The position numbers and the translations under genes are program-made. This document shows, piece after piece, positions 24,700 through 38,057 of a stretch of DNA of 64,000 nucleotides. The stretch spans positions 46,748,001 through 46,812,000 of the forward strand of contig NC_043009.1 of assembly GCF_006345805.1 (NCBI RefSeq), written 5' to 3'. The notes beneath the pieces are model-generated. The model searched no databases and had not been told where the DNA came from. It saw nothing but the letters and a program-made list of their open reading frames with translations. This DNA is from Octopus sinensis. Lineage: Eukaryota. Within the stretch, counting starts at the first letter, position 1; every line of letters begins with the position of its first letter.

Positions 24700-25620
24700 A
24701 CTGTATCGCTGATGATGCTTTTGGCGTGTTGATCATGTTGGTCAACAATGATATGTGTTAACGTTTGTTGTGGTGCTTGTAATAATGTAATATTCTAGTG
24801 CGGAAGCTTGTAGTTGTATTGGTGTTGGGGATGTGAATGTGTGATTGAGTGTTGCTTTCTGTGCTTGCTCCTCTAATCTTTTCGCATTTACTTTGGTGTA
24901 ACACTTTCATTTTCTAATTGTTTCTTTTGCCTTTCACAAGTATCTTTACCAGAGACTTTTCAACTGCTTTCCTCGTAAGGCAGGTTTTCGTTGGCGGATA
25001 CATCTGTAGTAGATGAGAATGTTTGCGCATTCGGGTATTTCTGCATTAGTAATCTGGTTGACTTGTATGAATGAGGTCTCTTTGAATTGTGAAGTATAGG
25101 CTTTGCATTTTTCTGTCGTGGCTTTGATGGTTTCTTTTCTATGCTGTATATTACGATCATCACTAGCAAGCAGATATCTGCTCCGGTGGCAACTCAGCCA
25201 CCTTTACTTACACCACGCACTGATAGAGGTATGTTGAAATCGGCAGCAGTTTGTCACTCTTCAGTGTTGTGGTCAAATTTTCCTTCGCGGATTCTTCATT
25301 TCCGAACCCCACCTAACTGCGCCAATGCGTCTTCCGCTACCAACATAAAACTTTATTCCTCGGAGTAGTTTTACGTACTTTTCAATTTGGACCTGCGTTG
25401 CTCGCACAAGTTGCCTCGTTTTAAGTGCAACACGTTTATACATAATTTGTCCTTTATTTCTTCTTGTATATCTTCCGGAATATTAGGCATATTAGTCTGC
25501 TATTCTTCTTGAGACGCTAGCTTGCATTTCTAAATTGTTCACCGATTATAATTGTCTATAGTTTTCTACACACATATGTGAAATGTTTCTCCTTTGTTTG
25601 CGAGCCCCAGTATTTACTGC
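24700..25620 (-). mobile_element. Tx1/L1-like ORF1 remnant, probably the same element as 23,150-24,340
   Basis: Frameshifted QVQIEKYVKLLRGIKFYVG...ESAKENLTTTLKSDKLL..TYL...VKVAELPP resembles the ORF1 at 51.2-51.8 kb and lies 5' of the ORF2 remnant on the same strand. Confidence 0.45.
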
Positions 25621-25819
25621 TTCCATTGTAATCATGCTTGTGCTGGAGGTTTGGGGTTAATGTTTGTTTCATTGTTCTCATTGTCTGGCTTGTCACTGCT
25701 GTTGTTGCTTCTATCAGTTTTTGTGTCGCATTATGAAGTGTGCTGATAACGTTGCTTTTATGTTCTCTTTCATTTATATTTTTGTTATTGTTGTCATTGC
25801 TGTTGCGAATATATATATA

Positions 25820-25877
<58 letters not shown>

Positions 25878-26319
25878 TATTTTGCCGCAATAGGTAGTGG
25901 CGAGAAACTATTCTTATAATGGCTCTTCCAAGAATCATCTCCTCCCTCGATTTTTTTAATATGTACATGTGCAATTGAAAACTCCAGAACTCGCGTCGAA
26001 AGGGTTGAATATTTCACAAAGACGAATAGCCTCAGAGGATGCTTGTTTCTTTATTAGCAGAATTGTACATGAAAAATTACAAATAACTTTCTTTCAAACA
26101 ATAAAATTCAGCAATAACTCACGAGCTTCGAAAATATGTCTTCTCCTTGAAACCACAACAATGCAAGAAGAGGAGGAAGAAGAAGAAGAAGAAGAAGAAG
26201 AAGAACAACAACAACAACAACAACAACATCGACGACGACGACAACAGCAACTACAACAATGGTTTCAAATTTTGGCTCAAAAACAGCAAATATGTGGGAG
26301 GGAGGGAGGGAGTTCACCT

Positions 26320-26455
26320 GGTACTTATTTTATCGAGCATGGAATGATGAAATCTAAAGTAGACCTCGGCGAAATTTGAACTCAGAATATGCAACAGACG
26401 AAATGTCGCTAAACGTTCAGCCCGGTGTGCTAGCACTTCTGCCAGCTCATCGCCT
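26320..26455 (-). mobile_element. SINE family B, 5' part, abutting (AAT)n
   Basis: Reverse complement of AAGGCGATGAGCTGGCAGAAGTGCTAG...GAGTTCAAATTTCGCCGAGG. Confidence 0.75.
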
Positions 26456-26462
26456 TAATAAC

Positions 26463-26508
<46 letters not shown>

Positions 26509-26510
26509 GC

Positions 26511-26541
<31 letters not shown>

Positions 26542-26543
26542 GC

Positions 26544-26592
<49 letters not shown>

Positions 26593-26594
26593 GC

Positions 26595-26628
<34 letters not shown>

Positions 26629-26630
26629 GC

Positions 26631-26673
<43 letters not shown>

Positions 26674-26675
26674 GC

Positions 26676-26718
<43 letters not shown>

Positions 26719-26720
26719 GC

Positions 26721-26757
<37 letters not shown>

Positions 26758-26759
26758 GC

Positions 26760-26799
<40 letters not shown>

Positions 26800-26801
26800 G
26801 C

Positions 26802-26841
<40 letters not shown>

Positions 26842-26843
26842 GC

Positions 26844-26890
<47 letters not shown>

Positions 26891-26900
26891 TGATGATGAT
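26456..26900. repeat. ~440-bp (AAT)n microsatellite with periodic AGC interruptions
   Basis: Read directly from the sequence; ends in (GAT)n. Confidence 0.98.
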
Positions 26901-27061
26901 GATCTCTCGGCAGCTGAAGACTGAGAAACACTAATACAACCCAGCAGGACAACTGAAAAATAACTATCAAAGTCTGGAATATCTACAATTTCCTGTGAAT
27001 ATTTTGAATTTCCCTAAAATAAGTTAAGAAACTTACATACCTGCAGTTTCCGGAGACATAG

Positions 27062-27465
27062 ATGATCAACTTTAAAACCTTTAATATCTACAACTTCTGT
27101 GAATACCTATCCTTTCCTTTCTCCCTGAGTATTTGGAAATGTAAGCATCCTCTTTATTTCAAGAACACTACAGTTTCCTTTGTTCGATCAGACAAAAGAT
27201 CGTCTCCAGTAAATTTTAAAACTTTAATATCTACAATTCTCTAAAAAATTTATCTTCCTTTTCTTCCTTTCCTTTCTCCTTGAGTCTTCAAAAATGTAAA
27301 CATCCTTTTTATTGCAAAAACACTACAGTCTTCTCTGAACGGACATACAAACGAACATCTCAAAAACATTTAGAAACCTTAATATCCTCAATTTTGTGTG
27401 AACATTTTATCTTTCCTTTTTCCCTGACTACCCGACTACATTCCTTCTGTTGTAAAAACATTTAA
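27062..27465. repeat. Imperfect tandem repeat, ~150-bp unit, 2.5-3 copies
   Basis: AAAAC(C/T)TTTAATATC...AAATGTAA(G/A)CATCC...AACACTACAGT recurs at ~27,072, ~27,218 and ~27,372. Confidence 0.8.
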
Positions 27466-28049
27466 ATGCCAAAAAAAAATTTTAAGGAGGTAGGCACCTG
27501 CCAATATATACATACTGCACAACTACAAAACTGTAAAGCACAGCAAAACCTTTAAAAGGAAAAAAAAATTCCAAAAGAAAAAGAACTATAGAAATTCAAA
27601 AATTCAATGTTCTTTAATCTTTGCAATCTCCGCAAAGCTTCTATCCTCTCTCCCCTGTTTTCACATCTTACTCCACGAAGTATCTGACTGCTCTGACTGT
27701 TCCGAAGAGGACAGTTCTGAGCAGCTTTTATCTGAGTAGCTGATATCTTCAAACATTGTCACTTAGCTTACCCTCTATGAGGAAAGAAAGTACAAACAAA
27801 CTCCCACAAGGCAGCACAACACTACAACAACTAAACAGCAGTAAATTTTAACCACAATACAACTTTAGTTCACCAAATGTTCTAAGAAATTTCCTATAAT
27901 TTCGATTTCTCAAGTTTATTGAACTTTTTAACTCCTATTTCTCACAAATTTAAATATTCACTGCGTCTAATTCATCATAAATTTAAATATTCATTGCATT
28001 CACTGCAGAGTATTCCATTTTCATTTGCAAAGTCTCCCACGTTCTCTTT

Positions 28050-28269
28050 AAGTTTTAATTCGCTAATAATGCATATGTAATGTAAAGACACTATTTATTG
28101 AATAAAAATTCTTTAAAATACACGCATAATTTCTGAACGCGAGATAGCTGTGAGAAGAACCTAGAAAGTTGGGTAATTACTATTAGAAGATGAGGAGGAA
28201 AAAACAAAAAGTTACCGACAACTACTCGAGACTTGTACCTTATTCACAGTTTCCAAACACTTCAACAGT

Positions 28270-28315
<46 letters not shown>

Positions 28316-29491
28316 GACACACAAATACACACACGCGCGCACACAGATACACATGCACACAAATGAAAGGCAGTGAGTGCGTTTGTGTGTGCGAGCGTGT
28401 GTGGTGTGTGTGCGTGCGCGTTTGTGTGTGTGTGTGTGTGTGTGTGTGCTGTTCACAGACAAAACTTCGTGACGCATCACTTTGGTGAAGTTTTGTCAGT
28501 AAACAGGTCGCGGTTTCAAAGCGACGAAAATATTTTAACGCAAATGAAGTTTTAATGTTGAAGAGAAGTTAACGATATTTGCGTGTTCTTGAATGGTTTA
28601 CAAACATCATCCACACTGCAATTGTTTTGTTTCAGTATACGATCTCAGATCAAGTCACGTGCTATGCAAGTACATCTACGAAATTTTTTTAAATCACTGT
28701 GGAATAAACGCAATGACTTCGCAGGCTCTCCAATATTTTAATTTCTAAACAGAAACAATCGGGGGCAGGGAAGGAGTTGCAAAAGATTCATAATTTCTCG
28801 AATTTTCTTTTTTATAGCATATACATGTTTTTATGGGGGGGGGATATTGAAAAGCATCAATACATGGACAGTGATAAAGAAACGAGGAGGGTTATCTTTG
28901 GATGTGCTAGAGACAACAGCCAAATCACCATTAAAGCGTTCTTCCCACTGAAAATATTAACAAATTTTACAAAGGTTTTTTTTACCGAGAATGCTCTTCC
29001 CATGGTTTTGAAGTGCAAGAAAAAAAAGCCAAAATAGGTCTGGAGTGGGGTGATGAGAGAGCGGGGTATAAATAAAAGGAGATTCAAAACTTTTTCATAC
29101 AAAGATCCCTCCTCATTTCGAAAGCTGTGGTTTACAAAAAATAGGAGAAATCCCCGAAAAAATTTTCCCCACAAATTTCTTTATAATCGTAATCTATGCC
29201 TTTGAAAGATACCCATGTTACTGAAAGATATGAGGTAAAAAAGTAGAACGTATGAATTTTCTGACACTCCTCTCTCTCTACCCCACCCCCGCAAAAATTA
29301 TTTCTCATAAATCCCTATATACTCTGAAGCCACAACATTTAAGCGGTATTTGTAGAGAATTTTGTTAAAAAGTATCCATTTTTCTGGATGTTATGAGGCA
29401 ACAAAATCGGAGGCGTATACATCTGTAATACTGCCCTTTTATTTACACGATTTTTTCATTTCATGTTTATTTCATTCATTGTTTGCAATGT

Positions 29492-29522
<31 letters not shown>

Positions 29523-29760
29523 CACACACACACTCTGAAAAGCTTACAGATTGGCTGCTGAATTGAAATCTCCACGTTGCTTTAAGGGAGTAAAACTTGA
29601 CAAACTGCTTCTCCCTCCGTTGTTGGACTACCGTGATGTTTGTTTAACAAAGAGCGATTAAGAAATAGTGAAAGCAATATTTACTAAGCAAGTGAGCACT
29701 ATTATACAAAGAAATAAGTAGACGTAAAATACAAAAATTATCAGAAAAGGAGTGAAATAT
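28050..29760. repeat. Dispersed ~1.7-kb non-coding foldback-type element, copy 1
   Basis: Colinear similarity to 59,850-61,620; internal inverted segment GACAAAACTTC / GAAGTTTTGTC. Confidence 0.8.
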
Positions 29761-29764
29761 TCTT

Positions 29765-29970
29765 TTCTACTCTAGTCCAATGCCCGAAATTGGGGGGGGG
29801 AGGCAGTCGTTTAGATCGACCCCAGTACACAACTGGTACTTAATTTATCGATCCCGAAAGGATGAAAGGCAAAGTCGACCTCTGCAAAATTTCAACTCAG
29901 AAGTAAAGACAGACGAAATGCCGCAAAGCATTGCGCCCAGCATGCTAACGTTTCTGCCATCACGCCGACT
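29765..29970 (-). mobile_element. SINE family B-related
   Basis: GGTACTTAATTTATCGATCCCGAAAGGATGAAAGGCAAAGTCGACC. Confidence 0.8.
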
Positions 29971-30444
29971 TAAGATGCGTAATATTGTTTGAAGGATGGA
30001 GACATACTGGCTATTCTTTTGTTTTCTTCGCATTTCTAGTCATTTAGTGTCTCAAGTGGAATTGCAATTTTGAAAGCTATTTTCCAGTCACAGTAATATA
30101 AAGATGATAAAATACACTTCAATAACATAAAAATGTAAACTGTGCGTAGTATTAAATAAGGTAAAATGTCTGAATATTATCTGATGCCTATAGAAAGAAA
30201 ATTTGAAGATGAAATACCTTAGAAATGTTCGTATTAGAAACGTAAGAAACAAATGCATTGTTAGAAAATTGGAACCATTTATGGTATGCTTTTCTTCTTT
30301 TCTTCTTTTATTTTTAGTCACTGTCTGTAAATTAATAGAAATGTATCGTTGGCATTCTGAAATTAGATAAATAGCACCAAAAAAACTGCTTTAATATTTT
30401 TTTTTTGTTACATAAAATAATAAGTAGCACGAGTGAACCGGTGA

Positions 30445-30577
30445 ACTAGCAGAAACGTTAGCACTCCGGGCTGCATTTCTACCGAGGTCGACTTTGCTTT
30501 ATATCCTTTCGAGGTCGATTAAATAAGTACCAGCTGTATACTAAGGTCTTGTAATCAACTTACCCCCTGCCCCGAAA
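30445..30577 (+). mobile_element. SINE family B-related, deleted
   Basis: GCAGAAACGTTAGCAC...CCGAGGTCGACTTTGC...AAATAAGTACCAG. Confidence 0.75.
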
Positions 30578-30783
30578 TTCGTCAGAAAGGAACACAGAAA
30601 TAAATAGGGAGAGAATATAGAAAAAGGTTTAGTGGCTAGCGATCTATCCAAAATTTGAAATTAATATTACAATCAAATTTAGGAATCAGAGAAGATTTTT
30701 TTCTGCATTCGACAGAATCGTTCATAGAGTGAAGGAATAATCCGAAGATTCATCTATAATTCTTGCAGCTATATTTTTTTTTG

Positions 30784-31030
30784 CGCCCTTTTAAAGCCTA
30801 GCCAGGCTCATGGGCCCGGTTTCCCGGTTTTAATGGCGCATGTGTTTCCCAGCTGGACAGGACGCCAGTCCATCACAGCGTTACTCATTTTTGCCAGCTG
30901 AGTGGGCTGAAGCAACGTGAAAAGGAAGTGTTTTTCTCAGAAACACAACGCGTCGCCCGGTCCAGGAAACTAAACCACAGTCTTACGATCATGGTGCTGA
31001 CACCCCTAACCACTAAGCCACGCGCCTCCA
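30784..31030 (-). mobile_element. Third tRNA-derived SINE family with a V/Meta-domain-like core
   Basis: Head GGAGGCGCGTGGCTTAGTGGTTAG and central CTGTGATGGACTGGCGTCCTGTCCAG...AAACCGGGA. The domain assignment is from memory of conserved SINE cores and was not searched. Confidence 0.65.
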
Positions 31031-33699
31031 CACAGCTATATTTACTATTTATTTTGTAATAACAGTCACACAATCTCTAAAAAATTAGCCTATATATTCC
31101 TGTAATATTTCAACATGTTCATACAGCAGCTGCAATCATCTGTAAAATATCAGCAATAATATATATTTTTTTGTCTTAACTGAATGCTAACTACCGTAAT
31201 CATCTGAGATAGTTCTGAGTTCTCGATCGACTTGTTAGAAATAGAAGTCAAATTTCTCCCAAATCACACTCTAACGCCTTCAAAATAGGGAAGAATTGGT
31301 TAAGTCATAGCTAGGGCATGTTCGGACGGAACTCTGATTGATCAGGGCTGACCTGGGGCAAAATAACAAAAGCAGTAAATTCATTCCATAATATTAAATA
31401 GTTGTTGCATTTTTTCGATACCCACCTCCTCTACTTTTCGTGTATCAACGAGGCAGTATCTACGTAGTAACTCGACCAGCTAGAATTAACAGCCAAATCT
31501 ACCTCTTATCACTCTTTTCGCTCTTATGCTGATATAAAGAACTCATTGGACAATTATATATAAATAAAAAAAAAGATGGGATGCTGATTTCTGGAATGCT
31601 TTGATCATAAGTTTTCTCAATTTAAGCTAATCTGCTGTTGAACATCCACGTCGTCATCATTATCACCGCCATTGTCGTCGTTATCACAATTAAGAATATA
31701 CTACTACAGTCATTGAAAAAAACCAAAAGAAAACAAATGCATACCATTTGCTTTTTTACAATATACAACTTTTTATTTCAAACATGAAAGCAACATGATC
31801 GAATGGTTAAGAAGATCGCTTAACGGGTTCGATTCCACAACATTGGATCTTGGACAAATATTTTTTATCTTAGCCTTAGGGTTGATTGCAAAAAAAACAG
31901 CTAAGGCTGATTCTATTAATATGATTAATATGCATGAGATTATGTATTGGAGTCAGATACATGTTAGCTTGGAGACAGAAGTAGATGTTTTGCCTAGTGT
32001 GAAAGGTTTGTCCACATTCTGAAGAATACAACCACTAGGGTTCTTTGATGTGATTTGTAGTCTAACTTTCTTGAAAAGACAAAAGCCATAGTTTCCTGTA
32101 TTAGCGATAACATCAAGAAAATATTAAACTGTTATATTTGAATTTAATCTGGATTTTTTCAATACCCATTCTCCTGGTTTGATGTCAGTATTGTTTCATT
32201 ATTGTTAATGTTGCTACTGCCGCTGCTACTGTTATTGTTTATGCTGTTGTTATTGTTGTTTACTCCTGAGGTAGCAACGATCAAGAAAAACTATAAGGGG
32301 TATTCCAGCAACGATTATTTAGCTGCTTCTAGTAAATAGACTAAGTAAGTATTCAACAAATATTTAACTCTACTAAACCTTCAAACAGACCTGTTTTATT
32401 GAAGACAAGAACCGTCTTTGATATTGCCTACATTAAAATTACCGACAACAAAATCATAAATAGGAAGAAAAAGAAAGCCTTTTAACTGAACATCACAGCT
32501 TCATTTTTACATTTTTCAGTGTGATATCGTAAAAGTTGAGCACCCGTTAAACGCTTTCAGGGCATAAATGCTGTAATAACCTAAGAAACCTAAGACCCAT
32601 AAGGCTGTTTATTCAGTTTCTCAGGTGTATAAGTGACTGAGATCACAAGAAGCCACTGAACGGGAGGCCGGTCCGTTGCAAAGTTACACATTTACAGTAG
32701 AGTGGAACAACGTGAAATGAAACTGTGGAATGGAGCAGTTAAATGAAGCATTTTGGTTAAGACCACAAGGTGTTGCCTGGCCCAAGAATCGAAAATGCTC
32801 TAAACACCCAGCTACGCACTCTCACTATATATAAGCTGTAAAGCGTCAAGTATATATATATATATATATATCAGTAAAGTATAATTTAAATGACTATTTA
32901 ACTAACAATAATTAATCGCAATTTTTTTTATCAGCCTCTAACGATGTCACAGTTGTTGAGATTAAAACAATAGTGATCTAAATTCGATGTGTCCAGAAAG
33001 AGGATAGTAAATGATATGTGGATTGGATGTTGTACAGCTAGAAATAATCCCCTTTCAATGATGCCACGAGGAAGAATCTATAGTGTCGCTCAACTGATGG
33101 AAATGATAATCAAATCTCCTTCCGATGAAACGTTACAGCCTTGAAAAAATTATAGGTATAAAAAAATATAACCGCATATACCCGGAAACAGCTGTATGTT
33201 AACCGCTGGAACACTATTGATCATAGATCTGCTGACTCAGGGCTTACCTAGAATTAACCCTTAGACTGTCCTATGTATCATTTTCGAGTATCACATGTGG
33301 TATGAGGATATATTTTCCCTGTGTCTACTCATCATATGTGATATATATTCCCAGTTTGCTTTTCAACCACCTGAGTAACTTGGGGCCTGTGAAAGGAAAG
33401 TTTTCTTTCACTCAGTACGTATGGAGCAAGAGCTAGCAAAACGACCGAAAACAAGGCTGGACATTTAGAACAATTTTATAGAAATGCTTTGAACCGGCAA
33501 AGATTTGAACAACACTAATGACAGCAGCAACAACAACAAAAGCAGCAGCAAAGTCAGGACTGACTCCTACTAAATACAGAATGTGGCATAATTTTAATCG
33601 CACATCAACACTGAATGTCTTCTTTCGACAGTAAGGTACTTTAAAATAACACCCATACAATTGCTCATCGCTCTGTCTGATATACTGCGAACATTCACA

Positions 33700-33762
<63 letters not shown>

Positions 33763-33769
<7 letters not shown>

Positions 33770-35095
33770 AGAATTTACAAAAAACAAAACAAAAAACAAA
33801 AGACGAAGACGGGTGTATTAGTTTAACGCTCAGGAAGTGAGAAAGTATTTTACGTGTCGAGCCTACGCTCGAAAGGAAGACAGAAATAAATAGGGAGAGA
33901 AAAAGGTTTAGTGGCTAGCGATCTATCATGGTGAATGCCGGACAGAGAGGTAACACAGAAGAGCTAGGAAGAAAGGCAGATAATAAAGTAATGGTGATCC
34001 CAAAACAAAGGTGCGCATGCGTGTGTATGTTCGTGTAGAAGAGGGCTGGTGACATTGACGTGTGCGCATGTGTATGTGTAGGTGTGTGGATGATGGTGTA
34101 GGTGCTGGGAAGTGGTCAGTGCTAGCGTGTGCGCTGGTGTGGCTGCTGGGAAGTGGTCAGTGCTAGTATGGGCGTGGTGGTGTGATGTGGTGTTGTGTGG
34201 TATGGTGTGTGGTGTGGTGGTAGTGTGTTGGGGTGTGAGGGAGGCGAGAATGGGAGAAGCAAGGGTGGCTCTAAGAGATGGGGTGATGTGGGATAGGATG
34301 TATCGGGATAGAGGGGTTGGAATGTGTAGGGGTAGGGTAACGAGGGAGAGGGGATGATGAAGGCAGAGGGTGGAAGGGAGAAGGTGGGTAGGAGATAAGA
34401 GACGAAGTAGGTTCCAGAGCAAGGGAGGAGCGGTACGTGGGAGGAAGTAGGTGTGAGTGGAAGAGGGGAGAGAGAAGGAGGGTTAGATGAAGAGAAGATG
34501 AGAGTTGAGCCCCTGTGGTGCAAAGAAGTGAAGCGAGAAGATTAATCCCCGCTCACGGTGAAGACAGGAGTCCTGATGGACCCTGTGCAAGGACAATCCG
34601 AATAGAGACCGGTAGAGCGGAAATGGCGCGAGAGCGGGGTGTCGTTGCCGAGTCGGATGTCTCGGAGGTGTTCAGTGAACCGGTCAGCCAAGCGGCGTCC
34701 CGTTTGACCGATTTATAGAGAAGGAGAGATCAGGAGATGCAGTAGATGACGTTGCTAGAAGTGCAGATAAAGACGTCAGAGATATGATAGGGTCGATGAT
34801 GAGTGCCGGTGAGGAAGGCGGTGTTGGAGAGGTAAGGGTAAGTTTGGCAGCGTGTGTGGGATTAGGGGAACGAGCCGTTGGGTAGGTTGCGTTAGGGAAG
34901 AAGCTGGGGACTAAGAGATCTCGTAGGTTGTGGGCTCGTTTGAAGGAGGGAAGTAGTCCGTTAGGGAAGATGTGCGAAGTGGAAGGGTCGGACTGGAGTC
35001 GCCGGAAGGCTTGGAGAATGGTGCATTGGAAAGGTAGGGTGATGGGGTGGTAGGTGAGGGGAAACGGGAGACGGATGACGGCGGAGCGGGGGCGG
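33763..35095 (-). mobile_element. Penelope-like element 3' portion: thumb, GIY-YIG endonuclease, 3' UTR and terminal repeat
   Basis: PLTYHP...FRRLQSDPST..IFP...FKRAHNLRDLLV; RCQTYPY; CTSSNVIYCI; IGQTGRRLADRFTEHLRDIR. Decayed hammerhead at 33,850-33,880. Confidence 0.9.
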
Positions 35096-35208
35096 GGGTA
35101 TAAAACAGATGCATTGTTTATTCAGTTTCTCGGGTGTATAAGTGACTGAGATCACAAGAAGCCCCGTAGGGATATCCACGTAGGATGAAGTGGCGAGCCA
35201 TGAGTTGA

Positions 35209-35628
35209 GACATGGTGATTTCATATCAAGATAAACAGCACATCACCTTGGAGGTGGGGGCCCAGTTAGAATTTCCTTCTGGTCGAGTAACCCATCCCGT
35301 TCAAAAGGTACCTGAATATGGGTTGTTTAAAGATGTTGAACGAAACACCCATGTTTCCAGAGGTGAATTATTAAAAACCCCAAAGAATCCTTCTCAACAC
35401 ATGGCTATGATGCTCCCCCACTACTTCTGCTTATGATCAGAGATGCACATATCGTTAGCCACTAAAGGTCATGCTCAACTGGTTAATGTCAAACAACCGA
35501 CAAGCAAACCTGTGGTATTGAGCAGAATATTTGCTGTAGCCCATCTTTTATACCAAGACAAAACAACGTACATGATAACACGTCCAATCAGAAGCCACGA
35601 GAGCCACTGCCTGGTACTGCATCAGGGC

Positions 35629-35632
<4 letters not shown>
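35209..35632 (-). mobile_element. Non-coding dispersed element abutting (TAA)n, copy 1
   Basis: Aligns by eye with 38,229-38,650; its right end (CAGGGCATTT) runs into (TTA)n. Confidence 0.7.
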
Positions 35633-35685
<53 letters not shown>

Positions 35686-36352
35686 CATTATTATTATTAT
35701 TTATCTGACTGTCTATGTATGTTTGTCTGTCAGTATGTATATATGTATGCATGTATGTACACACACACACAAGTGTACTTTTACTTAAATTCATATGAAA
35801 GTAAATCACAGTATTTGTAAAGGGTGATGAATTTCAGTATTTCCTAATGCTTGGATTAAAGAAAACATTTTATCTACTTCATATTTTTATATTCTTTCAC
35901 CAAAAGCATAATTTTTTACAAACATATACAGAAATTTTTCCTCACCATTGTACTAAAGTGAAAACTCATGGATCATTTCAAATATTCTTAACTTTTCTCT
36001 ATAACTCTTACAGATATATTTTCACTATTTTGTATCTCTAGAGTACATCACTGCGAAGGCTAAGAATGAAACTGCCTGCCTTCGATTATGGCACATTGCG
36101 ATAATTGATTTATGGCACATTGAGATAATTGTTAATTAACATATAAAAAGACTAGTCGGTAAATTAAAATAACGATTTTTTATTTGAAATATGTAAAATA
36201 TAAGAACTACAAATAAATCCCTTCTAGGATAAAATATGTCTATATTTCTTTCTTTTTTTTTATCTTTCTCTCATTCTCTCTATTTTCAACTAAGATTCTT
36301 CACATGCTCTTTATCTACTCATTCTTTCTCTCTCTCTCTCCCTCTCTCTCTC

Positions 36353-36775
36353 TTACTCTTACCGCGAGGAGAGTGGATAACTGGCAATTCTAGAGCTAAA
36401 CATGCAACCAAAGCCACGATCGCCAGTCGCACCCGGGCGTCGGGCCGAAAAACGGCGTTCGGCAGCCACCGAACGCCGCCGGCGCCCGCTTGGCCTCTCC
36501 AAGGCGGCGTACCCTCGCACGCTCCCCGGTCGTGACGATACGGTCGGCCTTCCGTATTGGTCGCAGCGCAAATATTAGACTGAGACCGTGGTGGCAACAG
36601 GTAACGGGGTATCAGGGTTCGATTCCGGAGAGGAAGCATGCGAAACGGCTACCACATCCAAGGAAGACAGCAGGCGCGCAGATTACCCACTCCTGGCTCG
36701 AGGAGGTAGTGATGAAAAATAACGAAGCGGAACTGTGTCGACGCCCAGCGATCAGAATGAGTACACTTCAAATCC
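36353..36775 (+). pseudogene. Orphan 18S rRNA fragment (5' domain), divergent and truncated
   Basis: TGGATAACTGGCAATTCTAGAGCTAAACATGC; GGTAACGGGGTATCAGGGTTCGATTCCGGAGAGG..GAAACGGCTACCACATCCAAGGAAG.CAGCAGGCGCGC; GAATGAGTACACTTCAAATCC. No remainder of an rDNA unit is present. Confidence 0.9.
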
Positions 36776-37030
36776 GGCCGCCCGTTCGCACTCCCGGCCC
36801 TATTCGCCGGTGCGTGAGCATATTTAAGATTTCGCCTCGAAAACAATACATTTGTTCCTTTCTCTAAATTAAAGGTATTTCAAATGGCTACAAAAACCAC
36901 AGAAGTCACTCACTTTCTATCACTCACCCAGACGACTAAAAACAAGACGATTTGTTGTTATTGTTGTTGTTACCACTATATTATTATCATCCTTATTATT
37001 ATCATTATTATTATTATTATTATTATTATT

Positions 37031-37408
37031 GAGGCGGCGAGCTGGCAGAAACGTTAGCACGTCGGGCGAAATGCCTAACGGTATTTCGTCTGCCGTTACG
37101 TTCTGAGTTCAAATTCCGCCGAGGTCGACTTTGCCTTTCATCCTTTCGTGGTCGATTAAATAAGTACCAGTTACGCACTGGGGTCGATATAATCGACTTA
37201 ATCCATTCGTCTGTCCTTGTTCGTCCCCTCTGCGTTTATCCCCTTGTGGGTAGTAAAGAAATAGGTATTTTGTCTGCCGCTACGCTCTGAGTTCAAATAC
37301 CGCTACGGTCGAAGTACCAGTTAAGTACCAGTTGAGTGTACTGGGGTTGATGTAATCGACTTAACCTCTCTCCGAAATTCCAGGCCTTGTGCCTATACTA
37401 GAAAGGAT
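37031..37408 (+). mobile_element. SINE family B, dimeric form, inserted at (TAT)n
   Basis: Complete first unit plus a partial second unit with a different 3' tail. Confidence 0.9.
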
Positions 37409-37424
37409 CATTATTATTATTATT

Positions 37425-38057
37425 TTGGGTATTATGAAACACTCTCGGAAAGTTCTTAATTACCGGTTATTCTTTACTTGAAAGCAAACAATAACAAATC
37501 ACCAAAGGTTTCAAGTAGTGCCTTCTGCTGTGACTCAGAGACAATACTCTCCTTAGAACGTGACCTGTACCCAACAATGGTGTCTTCTTGATCACCTCGA
37601 TTCTGACAGCAGCTCCAATATTCTTAATATGTTTTTCAAAGTCCTTGGAAACTGCTCATAATGCTCCGATTACCACCAGTATCACCATTATTTTCTTCAT
37701 GCCCCATAACTTTCCTATCTCGTCCCTCAGTGGCTGGTATTTCTCAATCTTTTCTTTTTCCTTACCTTTCACTCTCGAATCGCCTGGTATTGCAACATCT
37801 ATTATCTTTACTTCTTTTTTATCTTTATGGATGAGCACGATATTTGGTCGTCTCGGCTTTATGACTTGGTCACACTGCATGTTAAACTCCCAGAGTATTT
37901 GGTAATGTTCCTCTGGTTTGTCTTCAACTTTTGTTCGGGTCTTTCGGGATTTGCTTTACTGCACAATAGCCAGTGGATATATCTGGCCACATTGTCGTGT
38001 CTCCTTTTGTATTCGAGGTGTGCGAGCTTAAAGCACTCACTAACAATGTGGCTTACC

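Noticed and set aside
26376-26970. Poly-Asn, poly-Leu and poly-Tyr ORFs
   Set aside because: Frames of the (AAT)n microsatellite.
27766-27795. 3-nt micro-exon (TTTCTTTCCTCATAG|AGG|GTAAGC) on the minus strand
   Set aside because: The signals are good, but such a juxtaposition is plausible by chance in 128 kb of strand sequence, and there is no host gene context.
33964-34523. Pro/His/Thr-rich ORFs
   Set aside because: Low-complexity 3' UTR of the Penelope element.
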